Of a stretch of 64,000 bases of DNA, positions 36,881 to 49,413 are shown piece after piece. Position 1 is the first letter of the stretch. Each line of letters begins with the position of its first letter. A program made the position numbers and the translations under genes. The DNA is taken from contig CP089275.1 in assembly GCA_023920165.1 (NCBI GenBank), positions 1,364,001 through 1,428,000 of the forward strand, written 5' to 3'. The notes under the pieces were generated by a model. It did no database searches, was not told where the DNA came from, and was given only the letters and a program-made list of their open reading frames with translations. The stretch is from Curvularia clavata. Lineage: Eukaryota.

Positions 36881-37524
36881 GGAAAGTGTAGACAGACGGG
36901 CTACGAGGAGTTTCACCACGATGAATATTTTCGAGCTATCGACTGGACCAAGTCTTTAGCATTCTAGTAATTAGCTTGTAACATCAAAATGCTTCTATCT
37001 AGTTACCTCTGTTTTCCCATGTTCTCATTAAACGGAAGGGCCTTGGATAAAATCTGACCTGTATCTGCAATAGGTATCGCATCAGCCGACCCGCCCGTGT
37101 GGGTTGCGGTGCTGAAGCATGCCCTAGTCTAACATAATTCATTTATGCTTGTTTCATAGCCGTTGATCTGCGTATCCGCTAGATTAGATCTCACTAAGTC
37201 TGCTAGTTTTTTTTAGTGCTTATACGGTTATCGTATTCTCGGTCTTATGTTAACTGCCGAAAGTATATTGTTATAGCATGTAATCCCTCCGAATGTAGAT
37301 GTGTTTACATGAATCCACTGACTCGTCATGTAAATCGTATCCATGCATCGGTAGGGGACGGTATACGTCTAGACACCTGTTCAGGATTGTTGCCAGGGAG
37401 GTATTTTGAGAAATAATCGGCTACGATAGACCCTGTATCTCTTATATCTCTCGTCGCGACCTGTTTGGTGGTAAATCAATCCTTCTTTTCTCTTTACCAA
37501 TCGCTTATTCATCCATCACTCAAA

Positions 37525-39277
37525 ATGATGGATGGTTCGATATGTAAAACTAGCCTGGCAGGTCTCGCCTTGGCAATCATTGTCTCAATTTCTGCCCGCT
37601 ATTTTCTATGGTCTAGTGACATGAGTAAAATTCCGTTGATAAATCCTCCAAGTTGGTACGACCCGATGAACCTTGTGGGGAGGGTGAAATTTGCTCTTCA
37701 TGCGAAAAACTTGGTGGAACAAGGTCTGCAGAAGGACAAACCCTTTCGGCTCTTGACCGAATTTGGAGAGCTTACCATGATGCCGGCCAAGTACGCCCCA
37801 GAGCTCCGTGTTGATCCAAGGCTGGATGCCTCGGCCGTAATTGATATGGTATGTACGAACCCTATATATTTCATTTCCTCGATTCAATTCTCAGGTTAAT
37901 ATCTTTCGAGATTACTCAATCCCATCTGCCTGGGTTTGAGGGATTCCGCTTAGGAACCCCAGATGGGCATAATACCCGTGAGATTGTAACTAAGCATCTC
38001 TCAAGCTTTCCCGGTATGATTGTTGCATCTGATATAATGTAAACCATGTCTAAGGTAACGGTTAGATGAAGTAACAGCGGCTCTCTCTGCCGAATGTGAC
38101 TCTGCTTTGATAGATATCTTGACTGATTCTCGAGGTGAGTAGAGTTAATGCGGAACCACAACTATATTTGGCTAACGGTTGGATATCATATTAGAATGGC
38201 ACGAGGTTCAGCTGAAAGAAACAGTGATGATGTTGATCGCACGCATGTCTGCACGCATTTTCCTTGGCGATGAAGGGGCACGGAACGAGGCTTGGCTCAA
38301 GATCACAAGAGAGTACACAACCAACGGATACATTGCTTCAGCGATCCTACGCATTTGGCCTAAGGCCCTGAGACCGCTTGTCAACATGATCCTTCCCAAG
38401 TGTCACCAGTTACGGGCTCAAGTCATGGAAGCTCGCAAGATTGTCAACGAGATCATTGACAGGCGCCGCAAAATTAAAGCAGATGCTCTACGTCAAGGGC
38501 TTTCTGTACCCGTCTTCAACGACGCTGTAGAGTGGTGGGAACAAGATACCAAAGATGAAAGCGACAAGTATGACCCAGTCATCGGCCAGCTTGTACTCGC
38601 GCAATCATCCATTCACACAACAACCGACTTTCTCACGCAGGTCATTTTGGATATTGCAGCCAATCCGGAGGTCAAAGGTCCACTGATCGCGGAGATTAAG
38701 CAGGCGAAGAGCACCTATGGGTGGTCTAAATCTGCTCTGTACAGTATGCGCCTTACTGAAAGCGTTATGAAAGAGAGTCAACGGATGAAGCCCATTGCAC
38801 GTTGTAAGTTTGTTATTCCGATGATCCGCCAGCTACGTCCAATACCTAACCAGAGGAAACTCAGGCACAATGAATCGAATGGTACTGGCGGATATGAATC
38901 TTTCTGACGGCACGCTGCTAAAAAAGGGGACTCTCCTAGGAGTCTCGGTAGACCGCATGTGGGATGGATCTGTCTACGAGAACCCCCAGAAATGGGATGG
39001 TTGGCGCTTTTATCGCAAGTATCAGCAATGTCCAGAGGCTAGGGACGTTCCCATAGTCAACACTGAGCCTAACTATCTGGCCTGGGGATATGGAAGACTG
39101 GCTTGCGCTGGCCGCTTTTTTGTCACCCAGGAGGCAAAGGTAGCTCTGGCAAATTTGTTGTTGAAGTATGACTGGGAGATAGTCTCATCTCCATCTGATA
39201 CAAAAATCTCAGAGTTTGGACTCGTGTTAGCATCTAACCCCAAGGCTAGAATTAGGGTTCGTAGACGTGTTGAATAG
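37525..39277 (+). CDS. Cytochrome P450, CYP68/ent-kaurene oxidase-like
   Basis: Exons 37525-37848, 37911-38013, 38066-38134, 38195-38803 and 38865-39277. HLPGFEGF, I-helix AQSSIHTT, KESQRMKP, WDGWRF, heme WGYGRLACAGRFF. Confidence 0.9.
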
Positions 39278-39619
39278 TCCACTAGTAAAACTCATATATT
39301 GCATTACTGAGTTATTTACTTTCAAGTTTATATAGTTGATGTAAACTTGGTCCCTTTGTTATCACTTGTCTTCTCTTCACGTGGATAAGGCTAAGCGGAA
39401 TAAGGCTGATATGTATATGCAATAAAGTTAACCAGTGGACTATCCTCGGGACTACTTTCTTTGGTCCTCACTATAACGAGGTAGCGCAGAGACATGAGAT
39501 ACTCCTCGATGACCCAACAAACGAGGAGGTCAAAAGCGAGATCATGAATGAGGAAATGTTGATTGGCTCTTGTATCGAAAGAGCCCATTTTCCGAGATAG
39601 TAGAATATACTAGCTCCAG

Positions 39620-39973
39620 ATGAAAGTTGAGAAAGCAAGATGCAGCTGCTACTAGGAGCAGGATCAGGGACAAGATCCAGGCGGCTGCTAAAGCTTCTGC
39701 AGCAGCTATGAATATCCAGGAGGCTACCAAGGCCCTGGGGGCTACCGAGGTCGCATACACGATGGCTACTAAGGCGGCAGAACTAGCCATGAATAAGGCT
39801 ATGAGCCTCAGATATGTCACCAATTTGGAATCAAACTCTTCGTAGATTCCCATAGATTATCCATGGACTACGGTTCGGGCCGTGGATGGATCCCGTTATT
39901 GTAGGGGTTCGAAAACAGAGTGCTTTCAGAACTCAGATTGGTATTGAAACACGAGAAAATTATGGACGAGTAA
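39620..39973 (+). pseudogene. Degenerate G/Y/Q-rich ORF with RIP-like nonsense mutations
   Basis: Frame from ATG 39620 reads ...CY*EQDQGQDPGGC*...PGGYQGPGGYRGRIHDGY*GGRTSHE*GYEPQ... All five internal stops are TAA/TAG, as expected from CAA/CAG. Confidence 0.4.
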
Positions 39974-41853
39974 GTTATCTACTGTCTTAAGTCTTTTTCC
40001 GACTTCTTTGTATAGTAGACTAGTAAGTGGGTTGTCCTTGGCGTCACGGTTGGGTTGCTGAATGTTTCAGCCAATATGAGAGCTTAGATGTCACAGGCAA
40101 TGGACATAAGGCTCAGAAGATAGCCCTCGGCCTAGTAAGTAAGGCTGAGGACCTGCATCCTATAAAAGCCACCATTCGATCCTTGGGATAAAACCCGAAG
40201 ATTCGACTGATTACTATTCTGATATTTTTGCTCCTACCTGCTAAACCCCTTACATTAGTACTGTAATTCTCTTAAACAAACCGTTCTTCTAGATTTGTAA
40301 GCGACACGGATTCGCGAGCCATCTACAATCTCACCAAAATTCAAGAACCACAGAGGTCTACATCTAGACATATATTCAATACAATCTCCCAAAAATCTAA
40401 TGGTTGCAACGGCATGAGCAAGACTAGTCGGATCGGTATGGGTATCAGTATCAGTAGATAGTGTCACTGAGAGGGCATATGGAAGTGCGTAGGACATTAG
40501 AAACACTGTAGATTCTGTAGACACTCATAGGCCTAGTACGAAAAAAGGATATACAAAATTGACTAAATATCGATAGAAGTTACCTGGTATTTATACCTCT
40601 AATACGGATCGTTCTTGGATCTTCCCCAGCTCTTGGTTGGATCTCGATAGGCTATCTCACTAGGATGAGTCTTGGGCAGTGAATGGTTACGACGAACTCG
40701 TGAGGTACGTTAATTGATGTAGAGAAAACAGATAGCCATGCCTGATATTAACCTGGTCTACAGAGAGGGGGTATAGCAACGTGTAGGTTTGGATAACGTT
40801 CAGATTAGTCCAGCTACATTTTTCGACCGCCTTGGGATCTGCAATACACTGACAATACCCTTCTCGCCATTGTTGGGACGAAAGCACATAGTGCCAGCGG
40901 GATATGCCATGGAACGTCTCAACATCTTTCTCTTCGATTTCATCGACTAAATCGCACGCTCTATTCAATGATGCCAGATGGTAAACAATTACTTTATGCT
41001 CAGACTTAGCCATGTACATGTCGGACAACTTGTTTCACCACCAAGCCGCCCATTCCCACAGGTGCATGTTTGCTTCATTGTGACGCCCCTCTCTTGTTTC
41101 GTCCCAGAAGAAGAAATGGTTCTGAGCCATGTAAACCCACATGTTCATTCTCCCCTTCCGGTCTCTTCCAGAGGATGGGGTCACCAAAACACATATCAAA
41201 GCATAGCCCGGCGGGCGACTTCCGTCTCCATCCATATAGGTAGAATCGCCAACAGTTCTCCTGCCTTGGTCAAGGCCAACCAGTAGAAAATAAGATACAA
41301 GGTCCACAGAAAGACCACTTGCGCCAATGGAAAAACAGGCCGTTAGATGCCTTTTGATAAACCCGACAACTCTAATCGTTTTCGAAGTTGCAGCAGCACA
41401 ACAAAGCAAGACGGTGTAATAAAGACGAGGAACGTAATGTGTAGAAGAGACAAACAGACTATTTTGCAGCATGGAGTGAATAGAAGGAGAGAAAAAGCAA
41501 GTATGGCAAGGACACGACAACGCGTTCAAAAAATAAGAGACAACAAGTTTGAGATTATTCTGACAAGGAAACTCGGGTATCGTGCAGAAGAGTAGCCGCA
41601 GAACGCACAAGGGTAGCGGCAGCCAGGACACAAAATTCCTGGGTGCCAAGGAGCCCTCTTCCTGGTCAGCTGGCAAGCTGGGCCAGCACAAGAATCCAAC
41701 ATGGATGGTCAATCAAAAGCCTCGTGGAGACATGTAGACGTTGGAGAAAGGGATGGAAGGGTGCATCGTCGAGGGTGCATATGGAAGGTAAGGACGACAA
41801 GGAAATGATCATGGCGGGGTCATAATGGCAGAGGCCAGAGAAGCCAATCTTTT

Positions 41854-42874
41854 CTACAGCAAGATGAGGTAATTGCTGGGCGCAATACCGGTCTCGCCAT
41901 TGGGCTTCTTGGCCTGCCACCATCGACCGCTGACGTCGGACACTTCGAGAATATCGTGCTTTTGGAAGCTGATTTCGTTTGCGTCATCTGGGTTGGCCTC
42001 GTAGCTGTAGATGGCCTTTGCACGGTAAGGGTACTCGATGGTGGCTTCTTGCTGAGATTCTTCGGGTGCTTGCGACGAGATGGCGCCGAAGGGGGGTGCG
42101 GACGAGTTGCGGGCATTTGCGCCGACAGGGCCGCCTGGGTAGCCGGATACGGGAGAGGAAGTCTCGAAGCCATTGAGTTGGGCAGAGGTGTACATTTGCG
42201 GGGCGGCGTTTTGGGTTTCTGGGCGGTTGGTGTAACCGTTGGAAATTGGACGGGATGAGCGCGAGCCCGAGTTTTCCTTGTTAAGGGCGTACGAGTCGAC
42301 AAAAGTGCGGTGGCTTGCTTGGGGCTGGGATCCATAGTAAAAGATCCAGACAATCTGTTAATGTTAGTGATGGGTGGTGGTTGGATACCACTATATCTCT
42401 TACAGCAATCATAGAGAGCAAAATGTAGCCGGCGGCTGCCGCTTCAAAGGGAGTGACTGGCGAGTAAACGAGCGAGTTGACTGAGGAGGTGGTGAAGACG
42501 AGTCCAGCAGCAAGGAAGCCAACAATCTAAGCAGATTAGCAAGTGCGATTCGAAGGTGCGCGAGTGTTTGTACGTACGGCGACATGGTAGGTACGCTCAG
42601 CGTCCGAGGCGACTGTGACTGTGACACCGGCGATGCAGAAGAACATGAAGACGAGTGTCCACCAGGCGAAGTTGGGGAAGCCGCCATGGATGGCGGACAA
42701 TATGGAGCTGACAAAGGAAATGATCCAGGCGAGCTGCGGACTGGGTTAGCCATGGGAGTTTGGATGGGCTGTCGAGAGACTCACGATGCCGATGGAGATT
42801 GTGGCGAGGGCAAACGGGTCGCCGACGATGCGGGCGAAACTGAAGCCTGACGACCGCTGGCCGAAGTTGTCCAT
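41854..42874 (-). CDS. SHO1: High-osmolarity signalling protein Sho1 (4 TM + SH3)
   Basis: Exons 42874-42785, 42733-42578, 42526-42404 and 42354-41854. [13 protein letters not shown] and C-terminal SH3 [25 protein letters not shown]...[11 protein letters not shown]. Confidence 0.96.
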
Positions 42875-44481
42875 TGTGGCGAGTGAGGGAGTCCAAGGAA
42901 TGTGGTGGTGGTGTTGTCGTGGGTGTTTGGGTGTTGGCTGTGGGGGCGAGTGAGGATGGGAGGGAGAGGATGCGCGTCGGCAGAGTGGACCAGCGACGAG
43001 GGCGAGGCGCAGCGAGTATATGAATGCGTGGTACGGTAGAGCGGGCGGGTGAGCACAAGGCGCGGGCGGCGACTGTAGGCGGCTGAGGGGATTCGGGAGT
43101 GGGGAGAGCGTGTGTTGGACGGAGGGTGAGATTGAAGAGACAGGACAGGACAGCAGCGCACAGCACAGCGCAGCAGAGAAGCAAGCGGAGCAGCGAGCAG
43201 CAGGCAGGCAGGCAGGCAGGCAAGCGTGCGTTTGGAATAGGACGAGAGGAGCTGGTGCGAAAGAGCAGAGGTGCGACGGTTTCAAGTCGGACTTGGGGGC
43301 GCGCTCGATTGGCCGGCCGGGGCGCCCTGGGCCAGCCGGGGATTGCGGCGGGTCGCACGCGTATGCAAATGCCAATGTAATGTAATGTCATCTAGTCAGC
43401 CAAAGGCCTGGCCACTCTCGATTAACGTTCCCAATTTCTGGCCGTGGCCGTAGAGGCGCCGCCACACTGGCCGCCGACTTGGCTGTCTACGCACATGGAC
43501 GTTGACAGCCAGTACACAGATAGACGCCAGCACCGAAGAGGCTGCCTACACATGTCTTCGCATCCTATGCCATTCTAACCACGTCCAAGGCTGGCGGCGG
43601 TTTTGCTTCTGCGCTGGCTGGGCAGAAGCGTGTGGCCCAGGGACATTGCCTGCGACTAGGGGTCCCTCATGCATGCTCGATTGTGCGAACCCTTGGTGAA
43701 CCACGCCCTACTTGCATCTACACATACGGCCATCCCAGTCGGCCATGGCACGCCTCAGGGGCACCGGATACCACGGCCTGCCTTTGTCACGCCGTCTTGC
43801 ATTCTGTCGGTTCATGCCCACACGCTCTTCCAAGTCGCCGCCGCCTGCCGTCGTCCGTCGAGCGCCCTCGTATCTGCTCATCTCATGTACAAGCCACACG
43901 ACGCTGCCCGTGCGCACCCACAGCCGTTCCCAGCCATGCGAGACGGCGCTGAAACGTCTGGCCACGGCATGGCCCTCTCCGCAGCCCTACACGACATCAC
44001 CACCACATCACAGAGCCCCCGCCTGGCGCTTGTCAAGCCGCCGCCTGTTTGACCATGGCCGCCCTGACATGGCAAAATGTTTCTGTTCGCTCGTCAAGCA
44101 TCCAATTGCCCTCGCCCAGCCTCACTAGCCCCTGTCCCATCCGCTGGTTCCATTCGCTCAACACGACCCAAACATGCGTCGTACCTGACATCCGGTCCTG
44201 TCCAGGCTCTCTTCCTTGCCGGCGCTGGCGGCTTCCTCAACGCTGCCCGTCATGACGACAGTCTGCCATGCCGGCTTCGCCCATCCGCTTTCTGTCACAC
44301 ATGCTACACATGCCCTCGACCACAAAAGACGCCACATCAACGCGACATGCCTTGCAGACGTCTACAACAACTGCCCATTTCCCTTTCTAGCCTACGGCAA
44401 GCCCTCAGCCCCCGGCCGCTGTCCGTATCAGTAATTTCTTTTGCATGCTTCCATGGAATCTGCGACATGTGCTGACAGTTA

Positions 44482-45262
44482 TCACAATTCGTCATCTTCA
44501 CTGTCGTCTTCCTCTTCCGCTGCCTCTCTAGCTACTTCTGCCTCACCCCCATGCGCCCCCTCGTTGTCCTTTTCGTCGTCGGGCCGCCGTCTGTACTCCT
44601 CCCTCACCACCTCTCGCAGCGCCTTGGTAAGTCTCTCGTTGTAGTCCACCCAGCACCTGCCCGCACCCAGCACCATGACCTGCTTATATCTCTGGTTCAT
44701 AAGCCCGTTCCTCCGCCGCAACTCGGACATTTTGAGCGCTTGCTGCAGCTGCCGTGCCTCAGCTTCGGCAATCCGTGGCCGCAGCGCTGCAAGCTTGCTA
44801 AAACCCTCCGTCGTCGGTATCTGCTGGTCCTCGAGTGCTTTGAGTTGCGAAGCCGTCGTCGCAAAGCTAGTTGCGCGCTCTACCACTAATGCCGTCTTCT
44901 GTGCACTGCTGAGCCAACTGCCGTCCTTGTCCTTGTGCTCGTCATCGTCGTCGCTGTCGCTGTCGCTGCTGTCGGCGGCCGGCGGCTTGAGGACGTCCTT
45001 GTGCTTGCTTACTTGTTTCGTCAGCCCTAAATCAGAGGCTGAGCCATTGAGTTTGCATACATAGGTTGTTGGCCTCGTCGAGCAGCGCCGTCTTGCCTGC
45101 TAGCTGCTGCAGTGACTGCTCAATCCTGTGTATCCTATCCGCTGTAGTCCTTGGCTTGTCTTTGGCCACTTCCTGCGCACCACCCAGAACATATTCCAGC
45201 CGATCTAGCCGTGACTCCAATAGAGAAAATGTGAAAAGGACTGCCTCTTCGTACTCGTCCAT
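44482..45262 (-). CDS. ro-10: Nuclear distribution protein RO10-like (dynactin p24)
   Basis: N-terminus LLESRLDRLEYVLGG, coiled-coil body and C-terminal CWVDYNERL. Intron 45060-45012. Confidence 0.7.
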
Positions 45263-45628
45263 GGCGGCCGTGGTAGTTGTAGTTTTGCGGTGTTGGTCTG
45301 CAAGTTGCACATGCGCAGGTACGGTACGCAAATAGCGCGCCTGGCCGCTTAGGTACCTGGGGCGGAGCGGAGGCTGCGTTTTAGCGGGCGGCTATCCGCT
45401 TATCTATCTCCCTGGTCCCGTACGTACACCCCGAACTCGGTCATCCAGTGCGTGACACCAAACGTCAGCGAGCCTTTTCAACCGCCTCACCTGCCACCCT
45501 CAACGACAGCATCTCTTATCGCAAGCGTTTGCGGCGCCGCCTCTTCGACAGCAGACAACAGCGCCTTTTGGCTTCAGCCGCATGCGCGCGCAATAACATC
45601 TACCCGACACTACACACTTCCCGGGAGC

Positions 45629-47285
45629 ATGGCTACCTACTCCGCGATCAACCCCGACCCAACAGACGAGGACCCCATGTCGTCGAGCATCGGATCGCTG
45701 AGGGGACGAAGGTCAGAGATAAACACCATCTGGTGCCTGTTCAACACAAGCTGACAGCAGCAGGAGACGCAGAGGCAAGCAAGATGTCGGCTTCAAGGGC
45801 GAGGCGACCTGGATTTCGAGCGTTATCAACCTCGCCAACACAAGTACGTTCCCCGTCCCTGCACGCCAGCCACGATACTGACACTTGCAGTCCTGGGCGC
45901 TGGTCTTCTCGCCATGCCCTCGGCCCTCTCCAAAATGGGCATCTTCCTCGGCATCTTCGTCATCGCGTGGGCGGGCACGACAGCTGGCTTTGGCCTATAC
46001 CTACAGACTCGGTGCGCCCGTTATATTGATCGCGGACATGTATCCTTTGCAACATTGTCCCAGATGACGTATCCCAATCTGTCCATCATTTTTGACGCTG
46101 CTATTGCTATAAAGTGCTTTGGCGTCGCCGTCAGCTACCTGATTATTATTGGCGACCTAATGCCAGGCGTGGTCAAGGGCTTTGCTCCAGGCGCTGCGCA
46201 CATCACTTTCTTGGTCGACAGGCAGTTTTGGATTACTGCCTTCATGTAGGCACCATGCTCAACTACCATGGGGTTTACTGGCTAACGCGTATAGGCTTGT
46301 TGTCATCCCGCTATCCTTCCTTCGCCGTCTGGATTCGCTCAAGTACACCAGCATAATCGCCCTTTTCTCCATCGCATATCTTGTCATCTTGGTTGTCGCG
46401 CACTATATCAAAGGCGATACTCTGGCAGACCGAGGTACAGTTCGTGTGTTCCAGTGGGCGGGCCCTATCCCTGCTCTCGCTGGGTTTCCCGTCATTGTCT
46501 TTGCGTATACATGCCACCAGAACATGTTTTCGATCCTCAACGAGATTGCCGACAACTCCCATTTCCGTACAACGACAGTCATCTTCGCCTCTATCGGCGG
46601 CGCCTGCGCATTGTACATCTTGACGGGTATCACGGGCTACCTTTCCTATGGCGACAACATTCATGGCAACATCGTCTCCATGTACCCAACTGCGGCCGCC
46701 AGCACTATCGGTCGCCTGGCTATTGTCATTCTGGTCATGTTCTCGTATCCTTTGCAAATCCACCCTTGCCGCGCTAGCATCGACGCCTGTCTCAAGTGGC
46801 GTCCTGGTGGTGCACGAAAACAGACCGAAGGCAGTCCGTCCCGTGCCAGCTTGATGAACAACACACCCAAGCCAGGCGTTCCTAAGAGCACCGAAATGAG
46901 CGACCTCAGATTCGCCATCATCTCTACTGTTCTCATTGTTCTTTCCTTTATCACTGCCATGACTGTCACGAGTCTAGAGAAGGTTCTTGCCTATGTTGGA
47001 TCTACCGGCTCGACTACAATTTCCTTTATTCTTCCCGGTCTGTTTTACTACAAAATATCCGACCCAGAGTCTGCGCACCATCAACGGCTTGTCAAAGACG
47101 AAGACGACGAGGATGAGTTTCACAGCGGCCAGGTCGAGGGATACGTTACACGTGAGGGCTATCTAAACCGCGATCTTAGACGAGGAATGTTGAGGAAGCT
47201 GGCGCTTGGATTGAGCATTTACGGCGTCATTGTCATGGTGACTTGTTTGGTCACGAATACATTTTTAGTCGCGGCGGCAGAGTAA
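45629..47285 (+). CDS. Vacuolar amino acid transporter (AVT5/6/7-like, Aa_trans family)
   Basis: SSVINLANT|ILGAGLLAMPSA, IAIKCFGVAVSYLIIIGD, FAYTCHQNMF and GSTGSTTISFILPG; three short introns. Confidence 0.92.
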
Positions 47286-47619
47286 GCGTTGGGGCCTGGT
47301 ATACGATATGTTGAGGACTTTGCATTTAGCGGGAGTTTTTCTCTTATTATTTTTTTCGCGGCATACTAGAATTGTTAGGTTTGAAAGGCATGGAGCCTTT
47401 GTCCTTTTCCTAAGACGTTTTATATATTCTTACATATAATCAACCATCGTACAACTACGCAAGATAGATGCTGTAGCCTTTTCTTATCTTCTTCCTGGAA
47501 AATCTCCTCGTATAACGCCGTGTGTCATGATGCTTGGTGTCCTCCTCAGCCGTGCAACCTCCTCCTCTTCTTCTCCTTCATGTAAATCCAAAAAAAAACC
47601 CCCCTCTCCCTTATCCACT

Positions 47620-48127
47620 CTAACTCTGAGTCTCAGCCTCCACCTCCTTCTCCTTCTTCTCCGGCACCAAACTCTTAAACGCCGAATCCGCCTTCACCAC
47701 CTGCCCTTGTATCTGCCCGACACGGTACTGCGGCTCCAAAATCCCCACCATGCTCAAGATCCGCCACGCCGTATCGCTCGGCTGTGCGCCCACACCCACC
47801 CAGTACCGCGCGCGCGCTACATCCAGCTTGATGTCTTTCCACGGCCGCCCGTGCGTGTCGCCTGGTCGTGGGGCCTGTGGCTTGGGGTCGTAGGTGCCGA
47901 GGACTTCGAGAGGGCGCGAGTTACGTGCTGTGCTGGAATTCAAGTCAGCTTTGAATATGTATTGGGGGTTTCTGCGCTGGAAATTTGAAGGTAGGAAAGG
48001 GCAATTGGGGCTTGCGGGTTTCTTCTAGATGGAGGGTTTTGCAGACGTACCGGGCGTGTGCTACGACAATGTTGTAGAAGGGGGCGTGCTTCTTGCCGAA
48101 GCGGGCGAGCCGGATTCTTAATACCAT
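47620..48127 (-). CDS. MRPS16: Mitochondrial ribosomal protein S16
   Basis: MVLRIRLARFGKKHAPFYNIVVAHAR|TARNSRPLEVLGTYDPKP...RARYWVGVGAQPSDT; one intron. Confidence 0.95.
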
Positions 48128-48552
48128 TGCGAGGGGGCTTTGTGTATGTGTATGTGTATATGGGAGGCGTGGTCGCGGCGGCGCGAAGGCTGGTGGGATG
48201 GATGGGTGGTGGTTTGGGGATCTTTTTGGGATGCGCCGAAGATCAGCCGAGCATGGGCATGGATGCGATGCACGTGCGGTTGTGTGAGGGAGATGGATAG
48301 TGTTTTGAGTTTGTTATGTGAGGAAAGTGAGGAATTATGCTTGTTGGCTTTGTGTGTTTGTATAACTTGGACTCGGATTGGTTTTAAGATTTTACGAGGT
48401 TCTGTGTCTCGAGGCTGCTTCGACTGCATACTACGCAGCCTGGCCAGTGATGTAATTGCAAACACCACCAACTGTACTTCAGACTTGAAAGCAGTTCTTG
48501 AACCCCACGTCTACTTTTCTTCAGTTGAAGTCCCCGAGTATCAAAACTGATA

Positions 48553-49413
48553 ATGGCCATCAGAGTAAGCATCTACGGCACCTTTGATTCACAAGTATGC
48601 TAATACCGATAGACTCTCTCCGCCAAAAGCGCCGCCGCGCTCGACCAGGAACTCATGTCATCCGGCGCATTCTCCATCGACCAGTTGATGGAACTTGCCG
48701 GCCTCTCCGTATCGCAAGCAGGTAATTCCACCTCGAAATCAAAATGCAAAACCTAGACTAACTACCACAGTATTCAAACTACAACCCCTCAACAAGGGCA
48801 AGCGCATCCTCGTAGCATGCGGGCCCGGTAACAATGGCGGCGATGGCCTCGTCGCAGCTCGCCATCTCTTCCACTATGGCTACCAGCCCACCATCTATTA
48901 TCCAAAGCAAAGTAAGAACGAGCTTTACCAGGTACATCACAAGAATCCAATTGACCCCACTCTATACATACTCACCCGCCGCAGCGCCTAAAGAAACAGC
49001 TGGAAGACCTCAAAGTGCCATTCACAGACGACTTCAACAGCGCACTGAAACAAACCGATCACATTGTCGATGCCATCTTTGGATTTAGCTTCTCTGGCGA
49101 GGTGCGCGAGCCTTTTCCCAAAGTCATCGAGGCACTGGCATCTACCGATATCCCCGTTCTGTCAGTTGATGCGCCGTCATCCTGGGATATTGAAGAAGGT
49201 CCGCGAGACTCCGGACCAGGCAAGGGGTTCATGCCGCCGGCGCTCATCAGCCTGACAGCACCGAAGCCGCTCATCAAGAAGTTTACTGGGCGTCATTTTC
49301 TTGGTGGCAGGTTCTTGAGCCCGGAGATGGCAGACAAGTATAATCTCGATTTACCAAAGTATGAGGGTTTGGACCAGATAGTTGAGATGCCGGTTGAGGG
49401 CGGAAAGCTGTGA
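48553..49413 (+). CDS. NNR1: NAD(P)H-hydrate epimerase (YjeF_N)
   Basis: [19 protein letters not shown]...[46 protein letters not shown] and SLTAPK; three introns. Confidence 0.93.

Noticed and set aside
39542..39853. 103-aa hydrophobic minus-strand ORF as a sixth cluster gene (small membrane protein or cyclase)
   Set aside because: No recognisable motif of Pyr4-type cyclases or the EBP/EXPERA family. It is more simply explained as the antisense shadow of the degenerate G/Y/Q-rich frame. Not fully excluded.
40255..41712. ORFs 40255-40524, 40687-41028 and 41035-41712
   Set aside because: No recognisable homology. They lie in AT-rich island-edge sequence or the probable SHO1 3' UTR.
42875..44480. 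Numerous overlapping ORFs upstream of SHO1
   Set aside because: GC-rich promoter/UTR sequence with (CAGG)n and similar repeats; no coding signal.
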